Shown one piece after another: positions 54,293-63,729 of a stretch of 64,000 bases of DNA. Below the pieces are notes generated by a model. The model made no database searches. It worked only from the letters and a program-made list of their open reading frames with translations, and was not told the DNA's origin. The stretch's first letter is position 1. Each line of letters begins with the position of its first letter. The stretch comes from a virus. Its lineage: Duplodnaviria; Caudoviricetes. The DNA is taken from the IMG/VR virus record IMGVR_UViG_3300013121_000046; one strand, written 5' to 3'. Both the position numbers and the translations under genes were made by a program.

Positions 54293-54366
54293 TGGGTAGG
54301 GCCTGAGTCGAACAGGCGCTGACTCGGTTTTTCAGGCCGACGCTCTACCGTCTGAGCTACCTACCC
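54293..54366 (-). tRNA. tRNA-Phe(GAA)
   Basis: GGGTAGGTAGCTCAGACGGTAGAGCGTCGGCCTGAAAAACCGAGTCAGCGCCTGTTCGACTCAGGCCCTACCCA. Confidence 0.88.
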
Positions 54367-54373
54367 ACTATGA

Positions 54374-54386
54374 TATACCCCAAAAA
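54374..54386 (-). promoter_or_regulatory. promoter motif TTTTTGGGGTATA directly upstream of tRNA-Phe
   Basis: TATATC hexamer lies 5 nt before the tRNA 5' end. Confidence 0.7.
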
Positions 54387-54594
54387 TTTTATCTGGGACC
54401 TTTTTTCCCTTTCCAAGTTTTTGTACCCTTCGGATAACTACAAACCGGCTTCTTCTTTACTCCGATACTCTGTTGAACCAACAATCGCTGATAAATTAGG
54501 GCACCTAACTTTGGACCTAAAAGACTGCTCATTGCAAAACCTTACCCGAGAGGTAGTTAAGTCACTATACCCCTTGGTAAACACCTAATCAAAC

Positions 54595-54639
54595 AAAAGA
54601 GCCTGTTAGGGCCTAAAACTTTCCCTAACAGGCTCTTTT
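54595..54639 (-). terminator. intrinsic terminator
   Basis: 17-bp IR AAAAGAGCCTGTTAGGG / CCCTAACAGGCTCTTTT. Confidence 0.75.
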
Positions 54640-54675
54640 AGATTATCACAAAGAAGCACCCACGCTCAAAACAAT

Positions 54676-55200
54676 TTACTCCTCACCAACCGTAGTAATC
54701 CCCAAGACACCGGTAGGATTAACCGGAGCAAAGGTATCCAACAGCACACCAGAGGCAGTCAGAGGCGTATCTGAGGGATTTCCGGCATCATCCACCCAGA
54801 CAAAGGACAGATCGACTGTGGAATTCTGCTCGCCAGACAAGCCCTCAACAACAGTTTGATCCTTCTGAGTGGAGATCACCGACTCTTGGTCCCCATTCTT
54901 CAGTGTGAGTTGACCACCAGCAATTTCAGCAGCGTCCGATTCCTTCTCAGGCAAAGCCGGGAGATTCACCACGTACTTAATTCCCATTTCAGATTCTCCA
55001 ACACAAGTGAGAGATAGCCCATTTTTTGGATTAGGGAGTCTACAAACAGCTTGGGCTATACGATGTATCTGTTTATAGACACCAACGAGGAGCAAATTTT
55101 GATACCGAAGTATGCGAATTTGCTCATCTAGTCTATCCAGAAATCTTCGCTCCTGAATAGATGGTTGATTAAAACTACGAAAAAAGGAAAAAAGACCCAA
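54676..55200 (-). CDS. hypothetical protein with C-terminal Ig-like beta domain (strong internal start ATG 54987)
   Basis: VWVDDAGNPS...DTFAP Ig/Big-like motif; GGAG RBS before MGIKY. Confidence 0.6.
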   Translation of the reverse strand: MGLFSFFRSFNQPSIQERRFLDRLDEQIRILRYQNLLLVGVYKQIHRIAQAVCRLPNPKNGLSLTCVGESEMGIKYVVNLPALPEKESDAAEIAGGQLTLKNGDQESVISTQKDQTVVEGLSGEQNSTVDLSFVWVDDAGNPSDTPLTASGVLLDTFAPVNPTGVLGITTVGEE

Positions 55201-55204
55201 AGTC

Positions 55205-55408
55205 TTATCCCTCCAAAAGAGATACCCAAACAGCTTTGGGCCCTCGTTCTGAGGGCTCACATTCATACTCCACTTCATCCCCCTCCTGGAGAGCGTCAAA
55301 CTCAGAGTTTTTCACAATAGAAGCGTGAAAAAATATATCCTTTTGACCTTCAGCCCGGATGAAACCAAAACCTCGATCTGCTACAAGCTTTTTCACAGTA
55401 CCAGTCAC
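55205..55408 (-). CDS. cold-shock domain protein
   Basis: MTGTVKKLVADRGFGFI (RNP1)...DIFFHAS (RNP2)...GPKAVWV. Confidence 0.92.
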   Translation of the reverse strand: MTGTVKKLVADRGFGFIRAEGQKDIFFHASIVKNSEFDALQEGDEVEYECEPSERGPKAVWVSLLEG

Positions 55409-55643
55409 TCCGCACACCCTTTCAATTAAGGTCAATCATCCTTGAAAATAAACTTCCTACGATTACAAAGTCTGTTGTACTGCTGCCAGAGACTGGATGT
55501 GGGTTACTGGCAAACCGAAATCGAAGTAGAATTTTTCTAGTATACCCACAGAATCACTGAAAACACTAAATCAGTTTTACCGACTACAGCGAATGGACTC
55601 TCATTCACGGATTATACATACTTTGATTTATCTGCCTCTACTC

Positions 55644-55916
55644 CTACTCCCCATCATCTCCTAAATCATCAAATTCCTTGCGTATTTGATCTATAGAAAC
55701 TTCCTTACAGCTATCCCAAGGACTTGTAAATCTTGGGGGCCATCGGTGTTGCATATACTTTTTAAGTTGTGCAAGTTTAGCCTTCATACCGGAAATAAAT
55801 TCCTGAGAAGCCTCATCATCACAGCCTGCATAGGCAGCTATTAACCCTTCAATATCCTGAACTGCATGGGGGAGGGCCCATTGAAGCAAATCACTAACAG
55901 ACATTTTGGAATTCAT
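55644..55916 (-). CDS. hypothetical protein
   Basis: 90-aa ORF. Confidence 0.65.
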   Translation of the reverse strand: MNSKMSVSDLLQWALPHAVQDIEGLIAAYAGCDDEASQEFISGMKAKLAQLKKYMQHRWPPRFTSPWDSCKEVSIDQIRKEFDDLGDDGE

Positions 55917-56052
55917 TTAAGGCTGCCTATCTTCAATGATAGACTCTGCCTCAAGGTCGAAGAGAGTCTTGGTCAGTCTCCGGAGAAAGAGCTTATCTCT
56001 ATCCGCTCTTACACTAAACGGCCACCATTTCTTGAGGAAAAAGCTCAAAATG

Positions 56053-56255
56053 CTACCCTCCAATCAAAGAGACATAGGTCGCCTTAGGACCCTGCTCCAA
56101 GACTTGCATCTCGTACTCCACCGTATCTCCTACTTGAATGGAATCAAATTCCGCATTTTTAACCGCTGAGGCGTGGAAAAAATATCCTTTTAATTCTCCG
56201 CCCGAATGAACCCGAAACCACGATCTGATACCAGCTTCTTTACCGTACCAGTCAC
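56053..56255 (-). pseudogene. cold-shock protein pseudogene (nonsense + frameshift)
   Basis: MTGTVKKLVSDRGFGFIRAEN*KDI, then a 1-nt shift to FFHASAVKNAEFDSIQVGDTVEYE...GPKATYVSL. Confidence 0.85.
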
Positions 56256-56307
56256 TCAACACCTTACTTTCAGAAAAAGATTCATCCATGAAAAAACTAT
56301 CCCAAAC

Positions 56308-56736
56308 TTAAATTGTCTGCATTATCATGGCTGGCTGTTTAATTTCTGCTGAAAAGCCAAAATCCTGGCAAAATTGCACCAAAGAAGCCAAGGAATCAGA
56401 CCAGAGAGTTAATTCAAGGGCGCCCCCGGCTTGATACGGTGATTCATTCACCCAGTATACGAAGTCCTGCTCCGCATCATTTCCCACTGGGGCAAATCCC
56501 GTACAATACACCGTAGCCCCTTGTCGCTCGACGGCAATAGCCTCCCCCATAACGCGCCAAGAAGATCCGGGGACATAACACGGGAAGTCATCCCCAGGCG
56601 ATCTAGGGCAGTCATCTTCTGGAATATCCCCAGAGATTGCTTCCTCTAAACGAAGAAGGCCGGGAGGTTTATTTGGCTCGCCTCCCCAAACTTTTGTTTT
56701 ACAACCAACAGATATCCCCCGAGTTGATCGACCCAT
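56308..56736 (-). CDS. hypothetical protein, C-terminus paralogous to 57060-57278
   Basis: VYWVNES...AGG...LTLWSDS...QFCQDFG. Confidence 0.7.
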   Translation of the reverse strand: MGRSTRGISVGCKTKVWGGEPNKPPGLLRLEEAISGDIPEDDCPRSPGDDFPCYVPGSSWRVMGEAIAVERQGATVYCTGFAPVGNDAEQDFVYWVNESPYQAGGALELTLWSDSLASLVQFCQDFGFSAEIKQPAMIMQTI

Positions 56737-56737
56737 T

Positions 56738-56941
56738 TTAAGCGGCCCCCTCCAACAAACCCCAACCCAATCGGGGGGTAGTAGCCGGGGCACCTCGCTG
56801 GGATGGCGGCAATAGATCGTATTGCCGTGGTCGAATGTCAATTTCAGCTAACGCTTCCGCCGCCTCAAGGGATCGCTCGAAGGCCTCACGATCAATCAAT
56901 GAATTGTTCTCAATAATTTTTTGATCTATCCCCAAACCCAT
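56738..56941 (-). CDS. small hypothetical protein, paralog of 1313-1510
   Basis: ENNSLIDREAFERSLEAAEALAEIDIRPRQY. Confidence 0.7.
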   Translation of the reverse strand: MGLGIDQKIIENNSLIDREAFERSLEAAEALAEIDIRPRQYDLLPPSQRGAPATTPRLGWGLLEGAA

Positions 56942-57059
56942 CCCCCCCTTTAATCGCACTGCTTCCGCACCCAACTTAATGCTAGCTGGAACAATGGCAC
57001 TAATCCAAGAGTAACCCATAACCACATCCCCAGAACTGATGCCTATTTTAGCTGGACCC

Positions 57060-57278
57060 TTAAAGGGTCTGCCGGATAGATGCTGGACTCTGTATTTGAG
57101 ATTTATCGAGGCCAAAATCCGCACAGAACTGTTCCAAATTCTCTCGGGATTCAGCCCAATAAGTCAGTACAATATCTCCACCCGCCGCAAAGTCCGACTC
57201 ATTAAGTCGATATACGCTCTGGCCGGAAATTTTCCTCTCTAACATAACCACTACCACAGTATCGTCATTTTCCCCCAT
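57060..57278 (-). CDS. hypothetical protein, paralog of the 56308-56736 C-terminus
   Basis: VYRLNES...AGG...LTYWAES...QFCADFG. Confidence 0.65.
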   Translation of the reverse strand: MGENDDTVVVVMLERKISGQSVYRLNESDFAAGGDIVLTYWAESRENLEQFCADFGLDKSQIQSPASIRQTL

Positions 57279-57456
57279 TATGTGGGTTAACTCCGTTACC
57301 TCCCAAGAAGACTCTGCTACAGGTATCGGTAACTGTGGCTCCCGCTCCTTCCCACACCTCTCCCAAAAGCAACTCCAGGTTAACTATCTTTTCCGGTGCC
57401 GGAAAATCTTTAATTTCCCAGTATACACCGGAAAAAACTACTATCTTTGCCGACAC
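57265..57456 (-). CDS. hypothetical protein
   Basis: 63-aa ORF with GAGGGG RBS. Confidence 0.5.
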   Translation of the reverse strand: MSAKIVVFSGVYWEIKDFPAPEKIVNLELLLGEVWEGAGATVTDTCSRVFLGGNGVNPHNGGK

Positions 57457-57521
57457 CTGGATACCCCTCGTTCGCGTCCCCCATTTTATTCTTCCTGTCG
57501 CTGTCTATTTCTATTTTTCAG

Positions 57522-57879
57522 TGGAGGTGGCGGGAGTCGAACCCGCGTCTTGAAATAGTATCAATACTTGGCGTCTACGTGTGTGTCTCTGGGTCTATTT
57601 TCATTCTGGGTAGTGGGGCTCAGAGCGAAGCCGCCACTACCCCTATCTGGCTGTATCTCGACCCCCTAAAGTGCCAGCATACGGGGGATCACACCGAATT
57701 TAGCAACCAATTTTTGAACCCCTTCGGTTGGAGTCCGCAATTGGGACCGCCCAATCACTTAGGCAGCCAGAGCAAAAGTCTCAGCATCTGACGTTTGGTC
57801 GGCTTTTTACGTGGCCCGCTGACCAACCACGACACGCAACCAAATACTCTCACTATTCAATCGAAACCATTTCACCCCC
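57522..57879 (-). ncRNA. ssrA: tmRNA (SsrA), tag peptide (A)AETFALAA*
   Basis: 5' GGGGGTG pairs with 3' CACCTCC(A) with the G3-U Ala identity pair; T-arm GCGGGTTCGACTCCCGC; tag ORF 57785-57759 GCT GAG ACT TTT GCT CTG GCT GCC TAA. Confidence 0.95.
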
Positions 57880-58152
57880 TAAAGCCGGTGAAGTACAGAA
57901 TGTGTAGTTTTTTCAGAATACCTTAGTCTAACCCCCGTCAACCCATTCCAGATCAACTGAGGTTTAATATCCCTTGTTGGGAAAACCCCAACCCCATAAA
58001 CATCAACTCCGCACTTCAAAAAAATATGACTACCTCTCCCTGGTATTACTGGTATTAAAAACCATCTGGGAGACAACAAAAGTAACAACAAAAGCAACAA
58101 GAAAAGCAACAATATCCATTCTTCACCTAGTTTCAGTAAAAAAATAATACAA

Positions 58153-58227
58153 TCGGGGCTGAGAGATTTGAACTCCCGACCCCCTGCTCCCAAAGCAGGT
58201 GATCTAGCCAAGCTGAGCTAAGCCCCG
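58153..58227 (-). tRNA. tRNA-Pro(TGG)
   Basis: CGGGGCTTAGCTCAGCTTGGCTAGATCACCTGCTTTGGGAGCAGGGGGTCGGGAGTTCAAATCTCTCAGCCCCGA. Confidence 0.92.
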
Positions 58228-58289
58228 ACAGACAAACCAAACGCGAGAGCCTCCCACCCTATTTACCTCAAAAATTTCAGTTGTGCAAA

Positions 58290-58901
58290 CTAAACTTTTC
58301 CGGCTACAAATCTCTGGTCATCATCCTCATCGTAGTCTTCATCATAGTCCGTTTCCGGACTTTTAAGCCCCAAATCCTCAGGAATCAATTCTTTCAAAAC
58401 CGATAAGTCCCAAGGATTGACTTGCTCATGGTCATCAAAGACCCACTTAGTCCCTGCTCCCAAAGGGGGTAAGGAAAACTCCCTGATTATAGACCTAATC
58501 GCCGTAGATTCTACCATCGGGGCATCATTTCCATGATAAATATTGTAACCTTTTGACAGAGGGATGGCTACTCGACCCCTTGGAAGAGCCGAATAGTGCC
58601 CAGACAATCTGCCCATCTGCGGCCCCCAAATTTCTTTCAGCATAGGGACTACAGATACCTCCCAAACATGCTGATGGAGACTATTCCCATCTGAATCAAA
58701 ATACGACCAAATATCCCAGAGTATCTGAGTATCTGAACCCTTACCCTTTCGACTGGGAACCCAGTAGAAGGCTCCTGTCTTTGGTCTGCCCGCCTTACGG
58801 GTCTTCCCTCGATGCTGCTTAGCTCTACGCGCAGCCTCCTGCATGTACGCTCCCCAATCTGCCTCATTACTGGAAAAAAATTCCACTGGTGTATTTTTCA
58901 T
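58290..58901 (-). CDS. conserved phage protein (G.FYWVP...H..VW...PRGRV...DDH), paralog of 62347-63210
   Basis: Shared motifs with 62347-63210; ATGA overlap with the large gene. Confidence 0.75.
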   Translation of the reverse strand: MKNTPVEFFSSNEADWGAYMQEAARRAKQHRGKTRKAGRPKTGAFYWVPSRKGKGSDTQILWDIWSYFDSDGNSLHQHVWEVSVVPMLKEIWGPQMGRLSGHYSALPRGRVAIPLSKGYNIYHGNDAPMVESTAIRSIIREFSLPPLGAGTKWVFDDHEQVNPWDLSVLKELIPEDLGLKSPETDYDEDYDEDDDQRFVAGKV

Positions 58902-61900
58902 TTTTGTTGTCGCCAAATACTGTTAGGGGCGGTCAACCCTGAAACTGTAATAGGGACTAAACTAGGCGAATTCCTTGGATACTTTAACCCTCTAGTCCCT
59001 GGGAGGGCAGGTAGCTGCACAGAAAAACTCACATCTCCCGTCTGCCTAATCCATACCCCAAAAGGACTAGCCGAATCCTCCGTCAAAACACTCCCCTGAG
59101 GAAACACCAGGGTATTACCATCACAAGTCATCACGGCTGCCGGAGAATAACTTACCACATGTGGAACCACTGGATCTGACAAATCTCGGGCTTCTCCCGC
59201 CGGTTGAAAGGTCAATCTCAGTATCCTTTTCCCCCCACCAGCCATGCCTGACAGGATATAGCGAGTCCCCCATCTATGTATATACTCAGATATTTGGGGG
59301 ATTGGGGCCATTCCCTGGTTTTCTGTTAAACTTGCCACCTCCGAAATAGCGTCATATATAGTTTTACTGGATAAAAAGTGATCCTCATCCCCCTGTACCC
59401 AAAGCTGAAGAAACTCCCCCTGCAAAAAAGTATGGAAAACTATCTCAGCTAACCATCCAGGAGAATCTTTCCAAAGCCAGGCCCAAGAAAGATTTGTGAT
59501 CGTACTCAAATTCGTTGAACCCGCGTCCGGTACCAACGTACCCCTCGAATAGGTGATACCCCCCGAAAAAGCTTGAAACTCCTGCGGGGACTCCAAATAA
59601 AGGTACGCTGCGGTAGTAGAAGTAGCCCGAGAAAGGAGGTTCTGCGAGGCTGCCCCCCTAGTTGGAGAGTATGGCTCTTGGTAAATTATCCTGTCCACAA
59701 AGTTGGTATAGCTCCAACTCCCACCAGAAGTGTAGCTACCGTTACCGGTACTACCTACCAATCGAAAATTATCAGCGTCTACCTTCGTAATTCGCCAGGA
59801 ACCGTTTGCCGCAGTATTACCCCCAACACCAGATATAACAACAGTCATACCACTAAACAAACCATGCGCAGCACTAGTAATCTGAATTGGGGAGGCATTA
59901 GTCGCCCCACTAATACTGCCTGTTATCGTCGCAGGAACATTGTACTCCACACTCTCGACAACAAACATATTAACATAACTGGCCGTGATGTTTCCAGAAA
60001 CATTCCCATCGAAAATTACGTGGACTTCTCCAGTGTACCAATTTATACTCCCAGGCTCAGCCACATCTCCCTCAAAGATACCAGCACCAGTATCAGAGGC
60101 TGTCTTTCCCCCTACCGTCAAAGACAGTCTTGTGGATGCCGCACCTACTTCAGACCCGGGATATATGGGCAAATCCGGCAATGTAAATGTGTACTCCGCC
60201 CCACCATTCGCCACCTCCACAACCTTACTCACCGTGGAAGACGCAAAACTAGCTCCATAAGATCCTGACGGAATAATCCTAATCATATCCCCAGTTTGGT
60301 AGCCAATAGCCCCTAAGTCATTTCCGGAGGCATAGGCAATCCCGGAGAGAGCCGATTCCGCTTGTCGAAAGATATCAACTGTAACTTTACCTTGGGCTGT
60401 GCGAGAAAGACTTCTAATTTTCAATTCAGATCTTGGGTAGGTACAACGTCTTGTAGAGCTTAAAGGTACTGTCCGATTATCCGAAAAAGCATTGGCTATA
60501 AAATCAATGTTATAGCCATAATTTCTAGGTTGGGATAAACTTCCGGAAGGACCATTCAAAGTAAAGAGATTAGCCTTCTTAAAAAATACATTGGGAGCAA
60601 TAGGAGAGGTGCTAGTATGAATAAGCTCATCAAAATTAGACCCCAATAGATTCATACCCACATAAACTTGCCAAGCGGAGAAAGTGGTTACATATCTAGA
60701 GGCCCTAGAATAGAACCCCAACACGGACTCAATGGCTAACTGCTGCGTACTAGACTGAGTAAAATTAGTAGTCGGGTTCTGAGAAAATTGATATTGGAGA
60801 TACCTACCACATACATCCTGAATACCCTGTTCGTTGTCCTGCCACAACTTAGAAGCCAATAAAACCGTATGAAAATTATCGGTTTGATTGGCCATTGCAG
60901 CCGCATCCGAGAGATACCTCCACTGCTCTTCTTCTTGAGTAGAGCTAATGATGGTCACAATTTTTTCATCAAATTCAGCATCTTGACTCACAGCATAATC
61001 ATGGAGTCGGTTAACCCAATCCCCAATTTGTCTTGTATGGTACTCTTTCAGATGTTCATAATTAGGTAGATGCAGATTCTGTCCTACCAAAACAGCCGAC
61101 ACCCCATTCCCTCCAGGCTCTCTTGTAAACGACCAATCTGACTCTCTTTGATCCTGATAGACATACCGATAGGCATTAGCGTCCGCTAATGTCGCGACTG
61201 AAGCTACCCCAGTCAGGGAAGAAATATTAACGTCTATTCTACGAAGTTGCTCAGCCCGCTCATATCTCCAGTTTTCTTCATCATCATTATAAAACATCAA
61301 GGTAAATGATCGAATTACCCCCGAGGATACAGTAATATCCCCAATCCAAACATGAGTCACATTACTGAGAGCCTCTACCGCATCGACAATTTGTTGAGCA
61401 GTAGCATTGTAGGGGATAGATGCAGTTGTCTGGGGATTACTGTTAGATACTGTCCGACCGTTATAAGGATCATACACCGTTAGGGTAAATGAACCCCCGG
61501 TGGGAGTGGCATTCCAAGTGAAAGAACGACAAGCTATCCGCACCCCGCCAAAACCCAAGGTTCCATATAGACCGCGACGATCCTCGGGTACCGCGATTAG
61601 AGTAGGATAAATATCCTCTACGGCTGGAAGAAGGTCCGCAGCCTCTGCGGCCATGTCAGCTATCCCATAACCAGCCTGCACCACATGCTCTCGCATGGGG
61701 TATATTTTTGGCATATGGACGATCTTTTCAGAGATATCATCAGCATATGCTAAAGTCTCAGCATTACTGTTAGCCCTTTCAGAGACACAGAAATAATTTC
61801 TATTATTATCGCTATGATCTGTGTCAAAAGCTACCGCAGCATCCCACCGCTCTTGAAGTGTTCCCCAACCTTCAGGAGGTGTTAAGCCAAAAAAATCACT

Positions 61901-62350
61901 TGAACGATTCAAAAAATGTGTCTGGAGAACCGCCATCAATCGTTCCCCATCAGATATCTGCGTCCCTAACCCATAACTCGAAAGAAAGCTTAAGTTCGGT
62001 ACCAATAAACAGGAATAAACCGGCTGAGCCGCTGAGTCCGGCTGCGAATTCATCCATGCAGGTTCAGTTCGTAAGATCAAACATAACCCTAAGATCCCTT
62101 CTCCTCGCAGTGTATTAACATCCAAGTTCTCAGAATGGTAGGTTGCAATCTCTGTACCCAATAGAGTAAGAAGCGAACTTCCTGAAGTATCTCCAACCAA
62201 ACTTGGGTATCCGGCTGTCGCCAAACTACTACCCGTCGCAGTATTGATATACCCGTAGGTAGACAGAAACTCACAAGTTTCCTGAGGAGCCATCAAATAC
62301 AAAAGGCCCCGTAAAGTCGGGGCCGTAACATCATAAGTTACTTCGGTCAT
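58898..62350 (-). CDS. large virion/tail-associated protein with E1-FCCH-like beta domain
   Basis: 1,150 aa, S/T/G-rich; ISGATNASPIQITSAAHGLFSGMTVVISGVGGNTAANGSWRITKVDADNFRL domain and PTGGSFTL...SIPYNATAQQIVDAVEAL motif, both seen in phage structural proteins. Confidence 0.7.
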   Translation of the reverse strand: MTEVTYDVTAPTLRGLLYLMAPQETCEFLSTYGYINTATGSSLATAGYPSLVGDTSGSSLLTLLGTEIATYHSENLDVNTLRGEGILGLCLILRTEPAWMNSQPDSAAQPVYSCLLVPNLSFLSSYGLGTQISDGERLMAVLQTHFLNRSSDFFGLTPPEGWGTLQERWDAAVAFDTDHSDNNRNYFCVSERANSNAETLAYADDISEKIVHMPKIYPMREHVVQAGYGIADMAAEAADLLPAVEDIYPTLIAVPEDRRGLYGTLGFGGVRIACRSFTWNATPTGGSFTLTVYDPYNGRTVSNSNPQTTASIPYNATAQQIVDAVEALSNVTHVWIGDITVSSGVIRSFTLMFYNDDEENWRYERAEQLRRIDVNISSLTGVASVATLADANAYRYVYQDQRESDWSFTREPGGNGVSAVLVGQNLHLPNYEHLKEYHTRQIGDWVNRLHDYAVSQDAEFDEKIVTIISSTQEEEQWRYLSDAAAMANQTDNFHTVLLASKLWQDNEQGIQDVCGRYLQYQFSQNPTTNFTQSSTQQLAIESVLGFYSRASRYVTTFSAWQVYVGMNLLGSNFDELIHTSTSPIAPNVFFKKANLFTLNGPSGSLSQPRNYGYNIDFIANAFSDNRTVPLSSTRRCTYPRSELKIRSLSRTAQGKVTVDIFRQAESALSGIAYASGNDLGAIGYQTGDMIRIIPSGSYGASFASSTVSKVVEVANGGAEYTFTLPDLPIYPGSEVGAASTRLSLTVGGKTASDTGAGIFEGDVAEPGSINWYTGEVHVIFDGNVSGNITASYVNMFVVESVEYNVPATITGSISGATNASPIQITSAAHGLFSGMTVVISGVGGNTAANGSWRITKVDADNFRLVGSTGNGSYTSGGSWSYTNFVDRIIYQEPYSPTRGAASQNLLSRATSTTAAYLYLESPQEFQAFSGGITYSRGTLVPDAGSTNLSTITNLSWAWLWKDSPGWLAEIVFHTFLQGEFLQLWVQGDEDHFLSSKTIYDAISEVASLTENQGMAPIPQISEYIHRWGTRYILSGMAGGGKRILRLTFQPAGEARDLSDPVVPHVVSYSPAAVMTCDGNTLVFPQGSVLTEDSASPFGVWIRQTGDVSFSVQLPALPGTRGLKYPRNSPSLVPITVSGLTAPNSIWRQQK

Positions 62351-63210
62351 AGTGAGTATTCCCCTACGGCTAACCAAACTAAAACTTTACTACCACCCCT
62401 AGATTTTACTTCTTCCACCCTCTCTTCTCCCCCAATAACGGAAAAAAACCCGTCCTTAAAATAGACTACCGGAAGACCCTTGAGCGTAGGTCTCGAATCA
62501 TTCTTTGAGTACTGTAAGTCTTCTACCTTTAACAGTTTATCTATGTACACCACTAAATCCTGAGACACATAGACCTTCTCGCCCGGAATAAAATGCTCAC
62601 CGGGCATCCCTTGTAGCTCCTCCAATTTTTCCATTTGCCTTGAAGTTAAGCCTACACCATAGGAGGAAAAAGTCTTTCTCTGCACATCACCTCTATTTGT
62701 ATGACCAATCTGATTCAACAAAGACATCAACTTTTCATACGCCTTCGGGGTAGGGTCCCAATGCTCATCGGTGATTACCCTAATATTTTCTTCCTTACGA
62801 TTAAAAGCAGTCAGAACTTTTCCTGGAGCATAGGGAATCAAACGGTTCTCTAAAGAACCTTTCCCCCAATTATTCCCGGAGATTCTCCCACGAGGAAAAG
62901 CACTAAAATGCAAAGCTAGAGCATCGGTACTGATTTCCCAAGTCGCTCTTACGAAAGCCAAGACCTCTGAAAATACATGCGGGTGCTTTAGCTGATTGAA
63001 TCGTAAATAACGACTCTCTTCTGATTCTCCTGGAATAGACTCCAAGAACCAAGACAACAGCCTCCAGCCCTCAGGGACTGGAACCCAATAATAAATACCA
63101 TCCAGAGGACTATCAGCATAGGCCAATCGCATCGCCGCCGCAATGCGAGTAATCTCATAAGCCCGCTCTCGATCCCCCGCAAGAGGAGCCCTCGTCGGGT
63201 ACAAAGACAT
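62347..63210 (-). CDS. PRGR-motif phage protein with degenerate ParB-like C-terminal domain
   Basis: GIYYWVP...HPHVF...HFSAFPRGRI...DEH; C-terminus VSQD...LPVVY..DG...IGGEER. Confidence 0.65.
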   Translation of the reverse strand: MSLYPTRAPLAGDRERAYEITRIAAAMRLAYADSPLDGIYYWVPVPEGWRLLSWFLESIPGESEESRYLRFNQLKHPHVFSEVLAFVRATWEISTDALALHFSAFPRGRISGNNWGKGSLENRLIPYAPGKVLTAFNRKEENIRVITDEHWDPTPKAYEKLMSLLNQIGHTNRGDVQRKTFSSYGVGLTSRQMEKLEELQGMPGEHFIPGEKVYVSQDLVVYIDKLLKVEDLQYSKNDSRPTLKGLPVVYFKDGFFSVIGGEERVEEVKSRGGSKVLVWLAVGEYSL

Positions 63211-63240
63211 AGGGGAAATCTCCGGCAAAAACCTATAAAG

Positions 63241-63313
63241 AGCTAACGGAGGGACTTGAACCCACAACCTACTGATTACAAATCAGTCGCTCTGCCAATT
63301 GAGCTACGCTAGC
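63241..63313 (-). tRNA. tRNA-Thr(TGT)
   Basis: GCTAGCGTAGCTCAATTGGCAGAGCGACTGATTTGTAATCAGTAGGTTGTGGGTTCAAGTCCCTCCGTTAGCT. Confidence 0.93.
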
Positions 63314-63443
63314 TTTAATTTTTCTCAGCGGGGTAACTACCCCAAGGGCAGACTGGCTGCTCCATCTGACGTGCCACAATATCTTTTACATATCGGTACC
63401 CTACCCCATTCTTATGGGATATCTGCGAACCCCGATTCAATCA

Positions 63444-63729
63444 TCTCCACCCGCCGGGCTTCTCGGACAATTGTAACAGGATTCTAGGCAAGTATCGCTT
63501 AGTATTCACAACAGAAAATTTATACAGTAGGTTGTTTTGCTAATCCATAAACACTACCCTCCTTATATCATCGACCAAACATTACCTCTAGATACGAAAA
63601 CAGCCTGGTATAAACACCAGGCTGTTTTCAATGGTTTCATACTACCATCACGAACACTAACACTAACATTTAATTAATTTTTATGTAACACTCCACCGGT
63701 CTCGGCCAGTCTCCACCCGCCGGGCTTCT
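63444..63729. repeat. 20-nt exact direct repeat TCTCCACCCGCCGGGCTTCT (63444-63463, 63710-63729) in non-coding DNA
   Basis: Read directly from the sequence. Confidence 0.9.
63596..63629. terminator. perfect 14-bp hairpin, terminator-like
   Basis: GAAAACAGCCTGGT / ACCAGGCTGTTTTC. Confidence 0.7.

Noticed and set aside
56738-56841. Apparent dual-coding overlap of ORFs 56308-56841 and 56738-57124
   Set aside because: Using starts at 56941 and 56736 removes the overlap.
57280-58211. ORFs overlapping the tmRNA and tRNA-Pro (likewise 16675-16860, 47430-47675 and the 63211-63267 extension)
   Set aside because: They are incidental translations of RNA genes.
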